Assembly: GCA_965215005.1 (NCBI GenBank)
Contig: CBDCCZ010000004.1
Location: forward strand, 192,001 to 256,000
Source: Kofleriaceae bacterium
Lineage (GTDB): Bacteria > Myxococcota_A > Polyangia > Haliangiales > Haliangiaceae
Direction of reading: 5' to 3'
DNA length: 64,000 bases
Shown here: positions 9,717 through 20,842 of the stretch, piece after piece
Numbering within the stretch: position 1 is the first letter of the stretch
Layout of the letters: the number at the start of each line of letters is the position of its first letter
The notes under the pieces: generated by a model
What the model was told of the DNA's origin: nothing
Database searches by the model: none
The model's input: only the letters and a program-made list of their open reading frames with translations
Program-made: the position numbers and the translations under genes

Positions 9717-12700
9717 TCAGTCGGAGTCGGGCTCGAGGCTTAGCGAGATGCCTTCGCGCCAGCCGATCTCCGCGGCCAGCTTGCTGGCCAGCCGCATGCC
9801 ATCTTCGCTCTCTTGGACGCGCACCGCCGGCTCGGTGTCGGGACGCCGACGAGTCGATTGCGCCGAGTGGATGAGCAATTCAGCGGTGGAGCGGCGATCG
9901 CCTAGCGCGTTCATTTGGTCAATAGCGCTGGAGCGGTGGCGTAGCGCCCGCGTTGGATCGCCGAGCTCCTCATAGATCTGCCCGAGCAGCGCCGATAGCC
10001 GCCCCAGGCCCCGGCTCGAGTCGGCTCGTTTCGCGGCCTCGAGTGCATCGTGGGCCAGGCGCCGCGCATCTTCCAAGCGGCCGCCGCGCACGTAGCGCTC
10101 GGCCAGGCGCAGTCCCAGATACCAGCTCAGTCGCGGCGCGCTGCGCGAACGCAACCCCTCACCCATGGTGATGACGTCGATGGCTTCGGCGAGCTCTTCA
10201 GTGGCCGCGGCGGTGCGTCCGACGCGGTCCATCGCCGCCGCGAGGTCGAGGTAGGCGGTGCATAGGAACTCACGATCCCCTAGCCGCATCGCGATGCCAA
10301 CCGCGTGCTCGAGCTCTTCGATGGCGCGGCGACCATCGCCGCCGGTGAGGTGCACGCCACCGCGAATTCGCGCTGCTGTGGCCCGTTGCGCATCGCTTTG
10401 CTGCAGCCGAGCGGCCTCATCGAGGAGCTCGACCACCGCGGCGGTTTGGCCACCGATGCGCAGCAGATCCGCAAGCCGCAGCAAGGCATCGATGAGACGC
10501 GGCGTGCCTTGCGGCTCGTGCGCGAGCTGGCGTGCGAGCTCGAGCGCGCGGCGATACCAGCTGGTGGCGCCGGCGTCGTCGAAGCGGCGCACCGCGTCGT
10601 CACCGGCCTCGATGTAGAGCGAATAGGCGTGGCGCAGCTCGCCGCCATGCTCGGCGTGATGCCCGAGCACGCCCACCGGCGCGTGGCCCGCGAGAATTTC
10701 ACCCGCGCGACGGTGCAGCTGCCGGCGGACATCGGCGGGGGTGCACGCGCCGGCTACGTCGGCAACCAGCTCGCTGGGAATGGTGAGCTCGCTGGCGTCG
10801 ACCACGAGAAGGCCGGTCCAGTCGCGGGACTCGAGCTCATCGGAGGCTCCTTCGACGCACGCTTCGACCACCCACCGCGGCGCGACCGTTCCGTGGATGG
10901 CTACCGCCTGCAGCAGGCGGCGAGTGCGCGACGGCAAGCGGTTGATGCGCAGCGAAACCAGATCGACGAGCAGCGACGGCGCGGTAGAAGGACTGTTGCC
11001 CATGCTGATCCAGCCGGCGAGCTGCTCGACAGCCGATGGCGAGCCGCCGGTGATCGAGTGCACCGCGAGCGCGGTGGGGAGCTGCTTTTCTGGCCCCACG
11101 AGCGCCGCTGCGAGATCGCGAGCATCTTGCGGGCTGAGCGGCTCGAGCTGCAGCACCGACGAGGTTGGAGGCGCCTGCGCATCGCTGCTGGAGGTTACGA
11201 TGAGGGCGATCGCGCTGCCATCGGCGGCCTCGGCCAGCGAGCGCAGGAGCTTGCGGCTCGGCTGATCGAACTCGTCGACATCGGCAAACGCCAGCACCGC
11301 GCGCGGAAAGCGCCGCTGTATCGACAACAACGTGCGCAGAGTGGCAGCGTGGGCTTCCCGCCGGCGCACCGCTAGCTCGAGATCGCGCGGTCGCTCGGCA
11401 ATGCCAAAGACCTCGGCCAGGCCGGGCACGTCGCGATCGGGAAGGCCGCAGCGCGCTACCGCGGCGGTGAGGGTCTCGATGGTTGGCGGGCTTGGCAGGT
11501 CGAGCACGGCCTCGAGTAGCGTGAGAATCGGATACCACGGCGTACAAAGACCACTGGGGTCGGCCGCCGCGATGAACACGGCGGCGCTGCGAGCCGCGGC
11601 GCGCGAGGCCTCGAGCACCAGGCGCGCCTTGCCGATGCCGCGCGGGCCGATGATCGCCATGCTCGAGCCAGGCAGGGCGCCGCGGCAAAACGCGGTGACC
11701 CGAGCGAGCTCGACGTCGCGGCCGATGAGAACGTGGGCCGCGGCGCTGAGCTCGCAGGTGAGGCGAGTCGAGCGGCGGGTGGTGAGCGCGACTTCGCGAG
11801 TGAGCGAGCGGCTGCCAGCGGCAAGCGGCACGGGAGCGCGGCGTTTGACCGGCGCTGGTTGCGCGGCAGGACGCTGCACGCCGGTGGCGGCCAGCAAGTG
11901 CTCGCGCATCTCCCGGGCGCTTGGCGGTCGCGCTTGCGGCGACTTCTCCAGCGCCCACAGCACCACCTCTCCCAGCGTTGGCGGGCAGGTGGGAATCACC
12001 TCGTGGGGCGCGCTTGGCGTGAGCTCGAGGTGCCCTTCGAGCACGGCCGGCACCGCGGCGCCCGCAAATGGCGTGCGGCCGACGATCATCTCGTAGAGGA
12101 GCACCCCTACGGCATACAGATCGGTCGCGGGGGTGACCGGTTCGCCGCGAATTTGTTCGGGCGCCATGTATTCCGGCGTGCCGACGATGCGACTGCCCGG
12201 CTGCACGGCATCGAACGCGCGCGCCAAGCCAAAGTCGATGACTTTGGCAAAGTCATCGCCGTCGCGCAGACGCTCGACGATGACGTTGTCGCTGGTGAGG
12301 TCGCAATGAACGACGCCGCAGGCATGAGCCTCGGCGAGGGCGGAAAGCACCTGGGCGGTGAGCGCCACGATGCGTTGTGGCGACAGCGGCTGCGCTTCGA
12401 TGAGGCTCGCGAGCGTTTGGCCACGCAAGTGCTCCATCACCAAGAACGGCACTTCCTCGTCGGTCACGCCAAAGTCGTAGACCGCGACCGCGTGGGGATG
12501 ATTGATGCGACTTGCCGACTTTGCCTCGTTGCGAAACCGCTGCACCGCGTTTGAAGACAGCTCGGGACGCAACAGCTTGACCGCCACCGAGCGGCCGAGA
12601 TCGAGCTGCTCTGCCTGATAGACGTACCCCATGCCGCCGCTGCCCAGAAGCCGCAGCAGACGATACTTGTCGGCCAGCGTGGTGCCTGCGAGCGCCTCGA

Positions 12701-12722
12701 GGTGGTGCGTGGTCGTCTTCAT
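9717..12722 (-). CDS. Ser/Thr protein kinase fused to AAA_16-like ATPase and TPR repeats
   Basis: LGSGGMGYVY, VAVKLL, HCDLTSDN, DFGLA, GTPEYMAPEQ; then LIGRDVEL, GPRGIGKARL; helical TPR-like C-terminus. Confidence 0.9.
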   Translation of the reverse strand: MKTTTHHLEALAGTTLADKYRLLRLLGSGGMGYVYQAEQLDLGRSVAVKLLRPELSSNAVQRFRNEAKSASRINHPHAVAVYDFGVTDEEVPFLVMEHLRGQTLASLIEAQPLSPQRIVALTAQVLSALAEAHACGVVHCDLTSDNVIVERLRDGDDFAKVIDFGLARAFDAVQPGSRIVGTPEYMAPEQIRGEPVTPATDLYAVGVLLYEMIVGRTPFAGAAVPAVLEGHLELTPSAPHEVIPTCPPTLGEVVLWALEKSPQARPPSAREMREHLLAATGVQRPAAQPAPVKRRAPVPLAAGSRSLTREVALTTRRSTRLTCELSAAAHVLIGRDVELARVTAFCRGALPGSSMAIIGPRGIGKARLVLEASRAAARSAAVFIAAADPSGLCTPWYPILTLLEAVLDLPSPPTIETLTAAVARCGLPDRDVPGLAEVFGIAERPRDLELAVRRREAHAATLRTLLSIQRRFPRAVLAFADVDEFDQPSRKLLRSLAEAADGSAIALIVTSSSDAQAPPTSSVLQLEPLSPQDARDLAAALVGPEKQLPTALAVHSITGGSPSAVEQLAGWISMGNSPSTAPSLLVDLVSLRINRLPSRTRRLLQAVAIHGTVAPRWVVEACVEGASDELESRDWTGLLVVDASELTIPSELVADVAGACTPADVRRQLHRRAGEILAGHAPVGVLGHHAEHGGELRHAYSLYIEAGDDAVRRFDDAGATSWYRRALELARQLAHEPQGTPRLIDALLRLADLLRIGGQTAAVVELLDEAARLQQSDAQRATAARIRGGVHLTGGDGRRAIEELEHAVGIAMRLGDREFLCTAYLDLAAAMDRVGRTAAATEELAEAIDVITMGEGLRSRSAPRLSWYLGLRLAERYVRGGRLEDARRLAHDALEAAKRADSSRGLGRLSALLGQIYEELGDPTRALRHRSSAIDQMNALGDRRSTAELLIHSAQSTRRRPDTEPAVRVQESEDGMRLASKLAAEIGWREGISLSLEPDSD

Positions 12723-12828
12723 GGGCGGACGTCGGCCCAGCCGCCGACTCGTGAATGTACTACGCGTCGTCGTCGGCGGCACGAATAGCTGGGGCTGTCG
12801 GTGCAGGTGCGTTCGGCGGCGCGTCGAG

Positions 12829-15012
12829 CTAGCGCGCCGGCTCGCGTTGCATCACCGCCGACACCGCGCCGACGCTCAGCGGTTTTTGCAGCTCCAAGCG
12901 AGCTCGACCCGCGGCGGTGCGGCTGCCGGCGCTGGTGATGATGACGAGCCGGTTTTCCAGCTCCGGTGCTATCGCCGCGAGACGTGCTTCGAATGCACCG
13001 CTATCGACCTCGGATACCGAGGCATCGCAAAACAGCAGGTCGAAGGGCGGCTCGCTGGCGAGGATCGTAAGTGCCGCGTGAGAGGTGCTGGCGATGGTGA
13101 GGTCGTGACCGCGAAGCGCCTCTTGCAGCGGCTGAAGCGTCCAGGTTTCATCCTCGACGAGGAGGATGCGCCGCGGGGGCTGGCGCTCGCTGGCGGTTGC
13201 GGTGCTCAGCGGTAGCCTCACGGTGAAAGTGCAGCCGCCGCTGTCGCCGTTTTGAGCGCTGATGGTGCCGCCCAGGTCGGTGACGATGCTGTGGCACACC
13301 GATAACCCGAGGCCACTGCCTTTGCCGGTGGCCTTGGTGGAGAAGAACGGATCGAAGATCTTGTCGATCGTGTCCTCGGCGATGCCGGGGCCGGTGTCGC
13401 GGAAGCGGATGGCGGTCTCATTGCCCTCGCGCGCGGTGCTGATGTCGAGGCGCCCACCGCCGCCGTCTTCGGTCATTGCTTGCGCGGCGTTGACGATGAG
13501 ATTTAGGAAGACTTGCCCGAGGCGGCCGCGTACCGCTTCGACGTCGAAGTTAGCGCGATAGAAAAGCCGCACCACGACTTTGCGCCGCAGCTGGTTCCAC
13601 GCCATACGCAGCGTGGAGTCGAGAACCTCGCACACGTCCACTGCTGTAGTCTCGAGCTGCTCATCGCCGCGGGCAAAGGTGCTGAGCTGGCGGACGATCT
13701 GGCGCACGCGCTCGGCGCCGTCGCGCGTATCGCTGAGGGCGGCGACGATTTCTTCGGTGACGTCGTTGGCGGGCAAGAGCTCGCGCAGCTCTTCGGAGAC
13801 GAAGGCGAGGTTGGCAGTCATGTACGCCAGCGGATTGTTGATCTCGTGGCCAATACCGGCGGCGAGCGCACCGAGTGAGGCGAGGCGATCGGTCTGGAGC
13901 AGCTTGGCCTGCAGGCGTTTGCGTTCGGTGAGGTCGCGGCCGATGGCGACCACCGCGAGCTCGCCATCGAACACCACCGGCAACATCCGCACCTCGAGCA
14001 TGATTGGGCTGCCGTCTTTGCGGGTCATGCGGTGCTCAGCGGTGACCACCGCGCCATCGCCCAGCACCGCGCGGATGTGGCCGCCAATCGCGGGGCGATC
14101 TTCGGCGGGCACCAAGTCCAGCAATGGACGGCCCATGAGCGCTTTGGGCGCCTCGTAACCAAGTAGTCGCGCGACGGCTGCGTTGACGTAGACCAAGCGG
14201 CCAAAACGATGAACCAACACCGCGTCAGGAGAGCTCTCGATGAGCGAGCGGAAGCTCTGCTGCGAGCGGTGCTGCGCCTCCAGCGCTCGATGCGACGCGG
14301 TGATATCGGCAAGCACCAACACCAGCCCGGCGACCTCGCCCGCACGGCGCAGCACCGGATCGATGTTGCACTCGAAGATGCGCTCGCCAATGCGGGTTTC
14401 GCCGCGAAACGCGGTTCCTTGCAGGCCGGCGCGCACCGGCTCGAGAAGGCCCGGCTCGTCTTCGAAGAGGTCGAAGAAAGACAGATCCAGCACCTGCCGT
14501 GACGACAGCCCCAGCGCCTCGAGGCCCTTGCCCTCGGCGAGTCGAATCGCGCCGCTGGCGTCGAGATAGGCCACCACGAGCGAGGTATTCGATACCACCA
14601 GGTGCAGGCGCGAGAGCTGCGCCTCGAGCTGTCTCTCGCGCCGTTTTTGCGGCTCGAGGTCGAGCGCGATCCAGTCGATGTAGAGGGCCTCCTGCTCGCG
14701 ACGCGCGGACAGCGACACCAGCAGCCATCGCAGTCCGTGCTCGCTGGCCACGCGAAGCTCGAGGGAAACTGGCTCGAGCGTTCGCACGAGCTCCGGCAGG
14801 GCACGCGCCAGCTCAACGCGGCAGGGCGCGGTGATGCGAGCGAGCATTGCCATTGGACTGACGCAGGCAGCGGCGGTGGCGATTCCGAGCAGCGCTTCGC
14901 AGGGCCCGGCGAGGGCCACGATGCGGGGCAGACCGGCCGCCGGCACCAGAACGCTGCCGACGATGCCAGCGCCTGGCCCGGCGATCGGCATCCTCGCTGC
15001 ACCCTCGTCCAC
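12829..15012 (-). CDS. Hybrid sensor histidine kinase (PAS domains, HisKA, HATPase, receiver)
   Basis: H-box [11 protein letters not shown]-box LNLIVNA, DTGPGI, FFSTK, GSGLGL; C-terminal ILLVEDE...LFCD...KP. Confidence 0.92.
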   Translation of the reverse strand: MDEGAARMPIAGPGAGIVGSVLVPAAGLPRIVALAGPCEALLGIATAAACVSPMAMLARITAPCRVELARALPELVRTLEPVSLELRVASEHGLRWLLVSLSARREQEALYIDWIALDLEPQKRRERQLEAQLSRLHLVVSNTSLVVAYLDASGAIRLAEGKGLEALGLSSRQVLDLSFFDLFEDEPGLLEPVRAGLQGTAFRGETRIGERIFECNIDPVLRRAGEVAGLVLVLADITASHRALEAQHRSQQSFRSLIESSPDAVLVHRFGRLVYVNAAVARLLGYEAPKALMGRPLLDLVPAEDRPAIGGHIRAVLGDGAVVTAEHRMTRKDGSPIMLEVRMLPVVFDGELAVVAIGRDLTERKRLQAKLLQTDRLASLGALAAGIGHEINNPLAYMTANLAFVSEELRELLPANDVTEEIVAALSDTRDGAERVRQIVRQLSTFARGDEQLETTAVDVCEVLDSTLRMAWNQLRRKVVVRLFYRANFDVEAVRGRLGQVFLNLIVNAAQAMTEDGGGGRLDISTAREGNETAIRFRDTGPGIAEDTIDKIFDPFFSTKATGKGSGLGLSVCHSIVTDLGGTISAQNGDSGGCTFTVRLPLSTATASERQPPRRILLVEDETWTLQPLQEALRGHDLTIASTSHAALTILASEPPFDLLFCDASVSEVDSGAFEARLAAIAPELENRLVIITSAGSRTAAGRARLELQKPLSVGAVSAVMQREPAR

Positions 15013-15052
15013 GGTTGGCTATGGTAACAGCTTCACGGGAGAAATCGCGCCG

Positions 15053-15370
15053 ATGACGGATGACACCGATGACGAGGCTTGGCAGCCTGATGAGGTGCTC
15101 GAGGTCGAGTTGACCGATGTGCTCGACCTGCACACGTTCGCTCCGCGACAGGTGAAGGACTTGGTGATGGACTATCTCGAGGCATGTTGGGCGCAGGGCT
15201 TTGCGCAGGTACGCATCATTCACGGCAAGGGCCGCGGCACCTTGCGGCGGACAGTACACGCGGTGTGCGACCGTCATCCAGCGGTTCGCGAGTATCAGCT
15301 CGCCGGGGTGCAAGCCGGTGGTTGGGGCGCAACACTGGTGCGACTGCACGAGCCAAAGGAGCGCGCGTGA
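15053..15370 (+). CDS. Smr/MutS2 C-terminal domain protein
   Basis: [27 protein letters not shown]. Confidence 0.9.
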   Translation: MTDDTDDEAWQPDEVLEVELTDVLDLHTFAPRQVKDLVMDYLEACWAQGFAQVRIIHGKGRGTLRRTVHAVCDRHPAVREYQLAGVQAGGWGATLVRLHEPKERA

Positions 15371-16023
15371 GACGCCATGCGCCGGCCGCGGAGCGCAACC
15401 GCGAGCCCATCGCGGCGGTGCTCGCAGAGGTGCTGCCGGCTTCCGGCACGGTGCTCGAGATCGCCTCGGGAAGCGGCCAGCACGTGGCGCATTTCGCCGA
15501 GCGATTTCCTCACCTCACATGGCAACCGAGCGACGTTACGCAGGAGGCGCTCGAGAGCGTGCGCGGCTGGCAAACGGCGCGCAACGTGCTCGAGCCGGTG
15601 CAGCTGGATGCGGCAGCGGATGAGTGGCCGGTGGCGGCGGCAGACGCAATCGTCTGCATCAACATGATCCACATCGCGCCGTGGGCAGCCTGCCAAGGGC
15701 TGTTTCGCGGCGCTGAGCGCCTTCTGTCCAAGCAGGCGCCACTGGAGGTTGACGACGTGAGTCGTGAGCCACGGGCGGCGCAACCATCGCATCCGCGCCA
15801 CCAACGCGACGGCGTGTTGGTGCTCTACGGGCCGTTCTTCGAGGATAGCGAGCCGGCACCGAGCAACGCCGCGTTCGATCAATCGCTGCGGCAGCGCAAC
15901 CACGCGTGGGGCGTGCGGCGTTTACAAGACGTACGCGCGTTGGGGCTCGAGCATGGCTTCGAGCTTTCGCGCCGGGTCGAGATGCCAGCCAACAATTTGA
16001 CCGTGGTGTTTACGCGGGTGTGA
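15367..16023 (+). CDS. DUF938 family SAM-dependent methyltransferase
   Basis: [42 protein letters not shown]. Confidence 0.9.
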   Translation: MRRHAPAAERNREPIAAVLAEVLPASGTVLEIASGSGQHVAHFAERFPHLTWQPSDVTQEALESVRGWQTARNVLEPVQLDAAADEWPVAAADAIVCINMIHIAPWAACQGLFRGAERLLSKQAPLEVDDVSREPRAAQPSHPRHQRDGVLVLYGPFFEDSEPAPSNAAFDQSLRQRNHAWGVRRLQDVRALGLEHGFELSRRVEMPANNLTVVFTRV

Positions 16024-16027
16024 GCGC

Positions 16028-16879
16028 TCAGCCGGGCCAATCGCCGGCATCGGGAACCAGCGGCACGATGCGCGCGTAGAGCTCGGGCGGGCAACGGTTT
16101 CGCAGGATGTCGACGACCTGGCGCGGCTTGTAAATCTGGCTGAAGTGCATCAGCACGAGGTGCTGATTGCGAAAGGCGTCGGCTTTGGCGATGAGCTCAT
16201 CGAGGTGGATGTGACAGCCGGCGTGGCTGGTCTCGAGAGACTTTCGCTCGTCCAAAAAGGTGCATTCGAGGATCAAGACGCGGCTGGTCAAGATGCTCGG
16301 CTCGGTCTCGAGCACGCGCGCCAACGTGTCGGTGGCGTAGGCGAGCTCGAGGTGTTCTACGCACTCGAAGAGAGGTTCGCCGGCGCGGCGACGGCGGCCG
16401 ATTTCTTCGCCGGGTAGATCGCGAAACTCGGGCTTGAGCTTGTCGACGCGGCGGAATAGCTGGTAGCCGAGCGAGGGAACCGGGTGAAACGTGCGAAATG
16501 CGCGGACCCACAAGTCGGCGCGGAGCTGGAGCTCGCTGCCGGGTTCCATGGGAACGGCGTCGATGTCGAGATCGTAGCGCTGGAGCTGGGCGAGGTGCTC
16601 GAGCGCGGCCTTGAGCTGGCGACTGGTCTGCGCTGGCAACAGCACGCGCAGCGGCGCGGTCTTGCCGGCGAGGGCGCGAATACCAAGGAAGCTCGGCAGC
16701 GCGCCGACGTGGTCGACGTGGCAGTGACTGAGCAGCAGGGTGTTGGCGCCGACGAACGAGCGAGGGGCGATGCCCATGTCGAAGACGACGTCGAGCTCGG
16801 GCACAGCAAGGCAGGTATAGACGCCGCCGACCGAGACGCCGCGAATGGTGTAGGGACCAGCGGTTACCGAGGTGAGCAC
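16028..16879 (-). CDS. RNase Z-like metallo-beta-lactamase fold hydrolase
   Basis: SHCHVDH (HxHxDH), [21 protein letters not shown]. Confidence 0.85.
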   Translation of the reverse strand: MLTSVTAGPYTIRGVSVGGVYTCLAVPELDVVFDMGIAPRSFVGANTLLLSHCHVDHVGALPSFLGIRALAGKTAPLRVLLPAQTSRQLKAALEHLAQLQRYDLDIDAVPMEPGSELQLRADLWVRAFRTFHPVPSLGYQLFRRVDKLKPEFRDLPGEEIGRRRRAGEPLFECVEHLELAYATDTLARVLETEPSILTSRVLILECTFLDERKSLETSHAGCHIHLDELIAKADAFRNQHLVLMHFSQIYKPRQVVDILRNRCPPELYARIVPLVPDAGDWPG

Positions 16880-16897
16880 GCAACCATGATAGCGAGC

Positions 16898-18397
16898 TCA
16901 GCCGCGGGTGCTGCGTGGCGAGCGCCGCCGCAGCACCGCCAGGAGTCCCAAGAGCAGCAGGCCCGCGCCGGCATTGGGGGTGGCGCTGACGCCGCAGCCC
17001 CCGGTGAGGGTGGAGGCGGAGTCGGCGTCCGCGGCGCCGGCGGCGGGCCAGCACACCGCGGAGTCGCCGGTAGCGATGCAGTCGAAACCCAGGGGACACG
17101 AGGCGGGATCGCCGCTGATGCAGCGGTCGACGCAGCGGTCGTCGAGTCCATCGGAGGCGCAGAGACCGCTTTGGCAGTCGGCGGAGTCGGTGCAGCGTTG
17201 GCCGAGGCCGCGATCGCCGCCGCCGGTGTCGCCGCCGCCGGTGTCGTTGCCGCCGCCGGTGTCGCCACCGCCGGTGTCGTTGTCGCCACCGCCTCCGGTG
17301 TCGCCGCCGCCGGTGTCGGTCGCGTCGCGCACCGTCACGGTAATCGCGGCTTGGCCATACTGCGCGCTGTCCCACGCGCGAACCTCGACGTTGTGACTTC
17401 CCGGAGCGAGCCGACCGCCGGCGGTGAGTGAGAAGGGCGCAGCCTCGTCGACGCCTTGCAACATGCCATCGATGTACAGCTCCACCTTGAGCACAGCGGT
17501 GTCATCGTTGGCCTCGACATTGACGGTGAACCCCGCTTCGACCGTTGCCCCCGCGACCGGTGCGGTGATGCGCACCATCGGTGGCGTGGTGTCAGCAGCA
17601 GGCGCGGGCCCCACGCGCTCGAGCAGCATCTGCACCGAGTTTTGCGTGCTGCCAAAGCACTGGCATTCCCGCGGTCCATCGCGTTCGCCGCACGGCGCGT
17701 CTACGTCTTGAAAGCGTTTCGCGCCGCAGCCGAAGAGATAGGTCATGGGGTCTGCGCAGAGGTACTCGTGGTCGAGCCCAAAGCTGTGCGCCACCTCTTG
17801 CGCGGTGGTCTCGCAGATGGCTTGGACATTGTTTCGATAGACCTCCGCGAAGGTGAAGACGATGGAGCGCGGAATGGTGCTGCAGTTGGACGTGAACGGC
17901 GACACGCCACCGACGCCCGATGGCAACCCGAGGACCTCGGGCCGCGAAGCGACCACGGCCTCGATATGATCGACGTCGCCCGGGTCGACGTCGGTGACCA
18001 CCGTATGAAAGGGCGCAAATTGCTCGCGTACGCAAGCGACCACCTGATTCCAGGTCGCATCGCTGGTGTTCCATCGCGGGATCTGGACCGGCGACTGGAT
18101 GATGCTCGAGCGATTACGCGCCGAGTCATTGAAGCCGGGGGTGAGGGTGATGCCGCCGCGACTCAAGTAGATGACGGTTGGCTCGCCCGATAGCGTGGAC
18201 TGCGAGACATCCTCGGTTGGGTGCAGGTCATCGAGCGCCGGCGGAATGACGAAGTACATGGTTTGCGGGCGCTCGCCCGGCGCCGCGGGCTGCCCAACGC
18301 TCTCGAGCGTGTATGGCTGCTCGCCAAACGTTGGCTCGGCGTCGGTGCACGCGGTCAAGGCCAGCGTGAATATCGCGATCATTTGCAGCGCGTGCAT
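16898..18397 (-). CDS. Secreted metzincin-like/Ig-like (Big) surface protein with MYXO-CTERM
   Basis: Signal/lipobox LTAC, QEVAHSFGLDH...DPMTY, DTTPPMVRITAP Ig domain, GGGDT repeats, Cys-rich module, GGCGV...LLLLGLLAVLRRR tail; GGAGG RBS. Confidence 0.8.
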   Translation of the reverse strand: MHALQMIAIFTLALTACTDAEPTFGEQPYTLESVGQPAAPGERPQTMYFVIPPALDDLHPTEDVSQSTLSGEPTVIYLSRGGITLTPGFNDSARNRSSIIQSPVQIPRWNTSDATWNQVVACVREQFAPFHTVVTDVDPGDVDHIEAVVASRPEVLGLPSGVGGVSPFTSNCSTIPRSIVFTFAEVYRNNVQAICETTAQEVAHSFGLDHEYLCADPMTYLFGCGAKRFQDVDAPCGERDGPRECQCFGSTQNSVQMLLERVGPAPAADTTPPMVRITAPVAGATVEAGFTVNVEANDDTAVLKVELYIDGMLQGVDEAAPFSLTAGGRLAPGSHNVEVRAWDSAQYGQAAITVTVRDATDTGGGDTGGGGDNDTGGGDTGGGNDTGGGDTGGGDRGLGQRCTDSADCQSGLCASDGLDDRCVDRCISGDPASCPLGFDCIATGDSAVCWPAAGAADADSASTLTGGCGVSATPNAGAGLLLLGLLAVLRRRSPRSTRG

Positions 18398-18431
18398 CGT
18401 AGAGCCTCCCCAGGCGATGCCGCGACGTTCA

Positions 18432-18446
18432 TCACGTATCGTGCCA
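18432..18446 (-). promoter_or_regulatory. Possible sigma54 promoter for the MYXO-CTERM gene
   Basis: Minus strand TGGCACG-ATAC-GTGA: consensus -24 box, but -12 is GA rather than GC. Confidence 0.35.
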
Positions 18447-18583
18447 GGCACCCAGGACGCGCCGCCGCCGCAAATCGAGGACATTGTTTCCTTATTCGCC
18501 GGGGCGTCACGCCCCAATCTGGCCAGACCGGCGATGCTGGCAGTTCGCACCCGCGCTCGCTTCGGCAGCGAAGGGGCGACAAG

Positions 18584-19276
18584 TCACCGCACCCGTAGGG
18601 GCACCTTGCGCCACCCGACGCCGCCGCGGCCATCGCGCACGACCACGAACAGCCACGCGTCCTTTGCGGGTGCATCGTCGGCAATGACGAGCGTGGCGGG
18701 GTTGAAGATGTAGCGCTCGATCTCGCCCGCGGTCACGTACCAGGCGTAGCTGAGGTCATCGGCGCTGGATTCGACGTCGACCATCAGCGCGGTGCTGCTG
18801 CCTGCCTCCACCTCGAGACCGGCATCGTCTGCGAGAACCTCACCGTCGGCAGTGATCGACGTGATCGTGGGGTTGGTCAGCGGGAGCTCGCCGATGGCGA
18901 CCACTTTGAGCGCCACCAGCTCCTGACTCTGCGCGGCGAAGGTGGCTTGTATCGTGGCAAACGCCGGCGTTTCGGCCACGGCAGCCGGCGCTCGATACAG
19001 CACGCGCCCATCCACGCGCTCGATTGAGCCAAGGCGCGGCTGTGTTGGATCGCTTGCCACAACCTCCCACTGCACCTGGGGATCGGCGAGCTCGCCGTCG
19101 GCATCGGCGATGAGAACCTCGAGCTCGGTGCTGGCACCGGGAGCTACCGCCGGTTGCGCGGCGCGAATCGCGAGGATCTGGGTACGACTGAGGTCGGCGG
19201 GGGTTGCGAAGTCATCACACGCGCCGAGCAGCGCCGCGGCGATGACGAGGGCAGGGGCGATGAGGCGAACGTCCAT
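18584..19276 (-). CDS. Hypothetical lipoprotein (beta-rich)
   Basis: Lipobox LGAC, ILAIRA..P motif, C-terminal VVVRDGRGG. Confidence 0.7.
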   Translation of the reverse strand: MDVRLIAPALVIAAALLGACDDFATPADLSRTQILAIRAAQPAVAPGASTELEVLIADADGELADPQVQWEVVASDPTQPRLGSIERVDGRVLYRAPAAVAETPAFATIQATFAAQSQELVALKVVAIGELPLTNPTITSITADGEVLADDAGLEVEAGSSTALMVDVESSADDLSYAWYVTAGEIERYIFNPATLVIADDAPAKDAWLFVVVRDGRGGVGWRKVPLRVR

Positions 19277-19374
19277 AGCGCGCCCAGTATAGGGCCGCAC
19301 GCGCCATTGGCCGCAGCGGCAGGCGCGGTTCCCGTGTCAGTTGGGCGCGGCAAGGGTGTACCATCGCGCTCCCC

Positions 19375-20763
19375 ATGCTGCTCAACGTGCTGCTGGCGGT
19401 GCTGGCCGTCCTGATCGTGACGACGCTGATCTTGCCGACCACGCGGCGGATGTGGGCGTTTGGCCTCAATTTGACCAAGTACGCCGGATTGTGGCTTCTC
19501 GAGGTGACGCGGCTGCGGCGGGTGCTGCTGCAGTGGCAGGGGCGGCGCTACACCCCGCTCACGCTGCCGCGCCTGTTGCGCCTCTTCAGCGAAGACATGG
19601 GCCCAACGTTCATCAAGTTCGGGCAGATCGTCGCGTCGTCGGCGGGGATGTTCCCGCAGCGTTACGTCGACGAGTTCAAGAAGTGTCTCGACCGGGTGCG
19701 CCCGTTTTCATTCGGCGAGGTCGAGCGCATCATTGAGGACGAGCTGGGAGCCGCCAAGGCCGCTGAGCTGCGCGAGGTCTCGATAGCACCGCTGGCGAGC
19801 GCCTCCATCGCCCAGGTGCACACGGCGATCCTTGCCAGCGGCGCCGAGGTGGTGATCAAGGTGCAGCGGCCTGGGATCGACGTGCGCACCGCCGCAGATA
19901 TGAAGATCATGCGCTTCACTGCAGTGGTCGTCGACAAGCTGGTCAAAGACGCCAGCTTGATCAACCCGGTTGGCATCGTCGAAGACTTCACCGCTACGCT
20001 GCAAGAAGAGCTCGATTTCCGTCGCGAAGCCGAGAATCTCGACCGCTTCAACCAGATTATGGAGGAGCTAGGACACGAGAAGATCCGCGCGCCGGTGCCA
20101 TGTTGGGACTACACCACGCGCCGCGTGCTGGTGATGGAACGTTTTTATGGGCTGCGGGTGGACGATACCGAGGCGATCTTGGCGCGCGACGTCGACGCCG
20201 AAGCAGCGCTCGTGAGCGGCCTGCGGGCGTGGTTTCAGTGCGTGATCTTTTACGGATTCTTCCATGGCGATGTGCACGCCGGAAACCTGATGGTGCTCGA
20301 TGACGGGGACCTCGGCTTCCTCGACTTCGGCATTGTCGGCCGGTTCGATGATGCCCAGCGTTGGCTGGTCACCGACTACATCGTGGCGTTCTCTACGGGC
20401 AACTATCGGCGCCTGGCAGAGGTGATTTGCGAAATGGGCGGCACGCCGCCGGGGCTCGACATGGACGCGTTCGTCGCGGATCTCAAGGAGACCTACTCGC
20501 CCATGCTGTCGCTTTCGTTTGGGCAGATGAACTACGGCGACTTCTTGCCGGCGATCCAGCGGACCGCCTCGCGACACCGCATGCGGATGCCTAAAGAGTT
20601 CGTGCTCATCACCAAGCAAATGCTCTATTTCGACCGCTACGCCAAAGCCCTGGCTCCCAACCTCAACATCTTCAAAGACCCGCGGCTGATCATGAGCATG
20701 ATGATGGACATCCAAAAAGTTCGCAGCTCGATGGGGCCGCGCGACGGTGGCGAAGCCGCGTAG
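19375..20763 (+). CDS. ABC1/UbiB family atypical protein kinase
   Basis: GPTFIKFGQ, PLASASIAQVH, VIKVQRPG, ELDFRREA, FFHGDVHAGN, LDFGIVG. Confidence 0.92.
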   Translation: MLLNVLLAVLAVLIVTTLILPTTRRMWAFGLNLTKYAGLWLLEVTRLRRVLLQWQGRRYTPLTLPRLLRLFSEDMGPTFIKFGQIVASSAGMFPQRYVDEFKKCLDRVRPFSFGEVERIIEDELGAAKAAELREVSIAPLASASIAQVHTAILASGAEVVIKVQRPGIDVRTAADMKIMRFTAVVVDKLVKDASLINPVGIVEDFTATLQEELDFRREAENLDRFNQIMEELGHEKIRAPVPCWDYTTRRVLVMERFYGLRVDDTEAILARDVDAEAALVSGLRAWFQCVIFYGFFHGDVHAGNLMVLDDGDLGFLDFGIVGRFDDAQRWLVTDYIVAFSTGNYRRLAEVICEMGGTPPGLDMDAFVADLKETYSPMLSLSFGQMNYGDFLPAIQRTASRHRMRMPKEFVLITKQMLYFDRYAKALAPNLNIFKDPRLIMSMMMDIQKVRSSMGPRDGGEAA

Positions 20764-20842
20764 CAGTTCGTTGTCGCGCATCTGCTTCCGCAGCAAAGGG
20801 ATTGATTGCGGCGAATCGGGATTGCGAGGTTGATCGGTCGTC

